From assembly GCA_001600695.1 (NCBI GenBank), contig BCKQ01000007.1:1-44686 (forward strand): DNA of 44,686 nucleotides. The letters are read 5' to 3'. The notes beneath the pieces were generated by a model that was given only the letters and a program-made list of their open reading frames with translations, was not told where the DNA came from and searched no databases. The first letter of the stretch is position 1. Each line of letters opens with the position of its first letter. Shown piece after piece: positions 43,918 to 44,686 of this stretch. Source of the stretch: Ascoidea asiatica JCM 7603. Lineage: Eukaryota > Fungi > Ascomycota. The translations under genes were made by a program, and so were the position numbers.

Positions 43918-44316
43918 TTTGAATAAATTAATTATTTAATATTATATGAAATGAATAAAATATATATATAATACATGATATATTCTTGTCTTTTTTAAAA
44001 GAAAGTGAAATAGAATTATTATTATATTTATATTATTATATTATATTATATTATATTTAAAGTCGAGATTTAGGCGGATAAATAATTCCATAAAGAGAAA
44101 TAAGGGTGGAGATTCCCAATTGGGCCATGAATATAACAATGAAATATAATATTGGAATATAAAATATTATAATAGAAAGTATTATATTTAAATATATTTA
44201 ATTATATAGATATAAAAAAGTAAAGTTTATTAATAATAGTTATAAAAGTTATAAAAGTTATAAAAGTTATAAAAGTAATAGATAATTTTTAATGATCTAA
44301 AGAATTAATTAATTAA

Positions 44317-44627
44317 TTAATCTTTTTTATTTAAAACTTCATCTAAACCAGATAATTCTGGATTTTTAGTTAAACGTAATGAAGGATCAGTTCTAAATTT
44401 TTTTGTTGAGAAATAAATTCCAGAACAAACAGCTATACCCATAGCAGCAAATAAAGGAGTTAATTCAACTGGAAAACTTGATTTTGAAGATTTTTTCTAA
44501 AAAAAAAAAAAAAAAAGTGTTAATTAGTTAGTTAGTTAGTAATTTAAATTGGAATAAAGATTTGAAATTGAATTTGAATTTGAATTGAACTTACGGCAGC
44601 ATTAAGTAAAACTTGTGAAGGTCTCAT
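44317..44627 (-). CDS. MIN8: Small mitochondrial membrane protein Min8/YPR010C-A (NDUFA4-like); 2 exons (44627-44595, 44496-44317), 70 aa
   Basis: GTAAGT donor, TACTAAC branch point (44541-44535), long poly-T, TAG acceptor; splices to [70 protein letters not shown]. Missed by the ORF track. Confidence 0.9.
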
Positions 44628-44686
44628 TATGAATAAAATATATTAGTTTATGAAATTATTTAGAATTTGAATATGAAATATTGATT

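Overview
Gene-dense, very AT-rich nuclear chromosome segment of a budding yeast (Saccharomycotina). This is inferred from the yeast-type genes, GTATGT/GTAAGT...ACTAAC introns and a yeast-type tRNA-Asp; the composition is Ascoidea-like, but that is only a guess. It holds mostly housekeeping genes: a tricalbin, tRNA-Asp(GTC), POP5, CLU1, UGGT/KRE5, SPT14, MRPL40, PEX5, COQ1, a PTS1-bearing SDR, SCS3, CST26, POP4, a hotdog thioesterase, MET12 and a signal-peptide ureohydrolase. Three genes are missing from the ORF track: intron-containing OM14, intron-containing MIN8/YPR010C-A, and an edge-truncated zinc-ribbon ORF. I found no transposon, CRISPR array or evident metabolic cluster, and I cannot claim a proven new system. 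The best leads are: (1) a ~675-codon gene broken by two +1 frameshifts, both ending AAA-TAA; (2) a sharply bounded ~1 kb GC-rich island cutting through SCS3; (3) a recurrent intergenic GGTCTC motif often near Cbf1-type E-boxes; (4) a ~26-bp element shared by the CLU1 and OM14 promoters; (5) many 11-12-bp minisatellites upstream of start codons; (6) a possibly degenerate tandem-KH protein.
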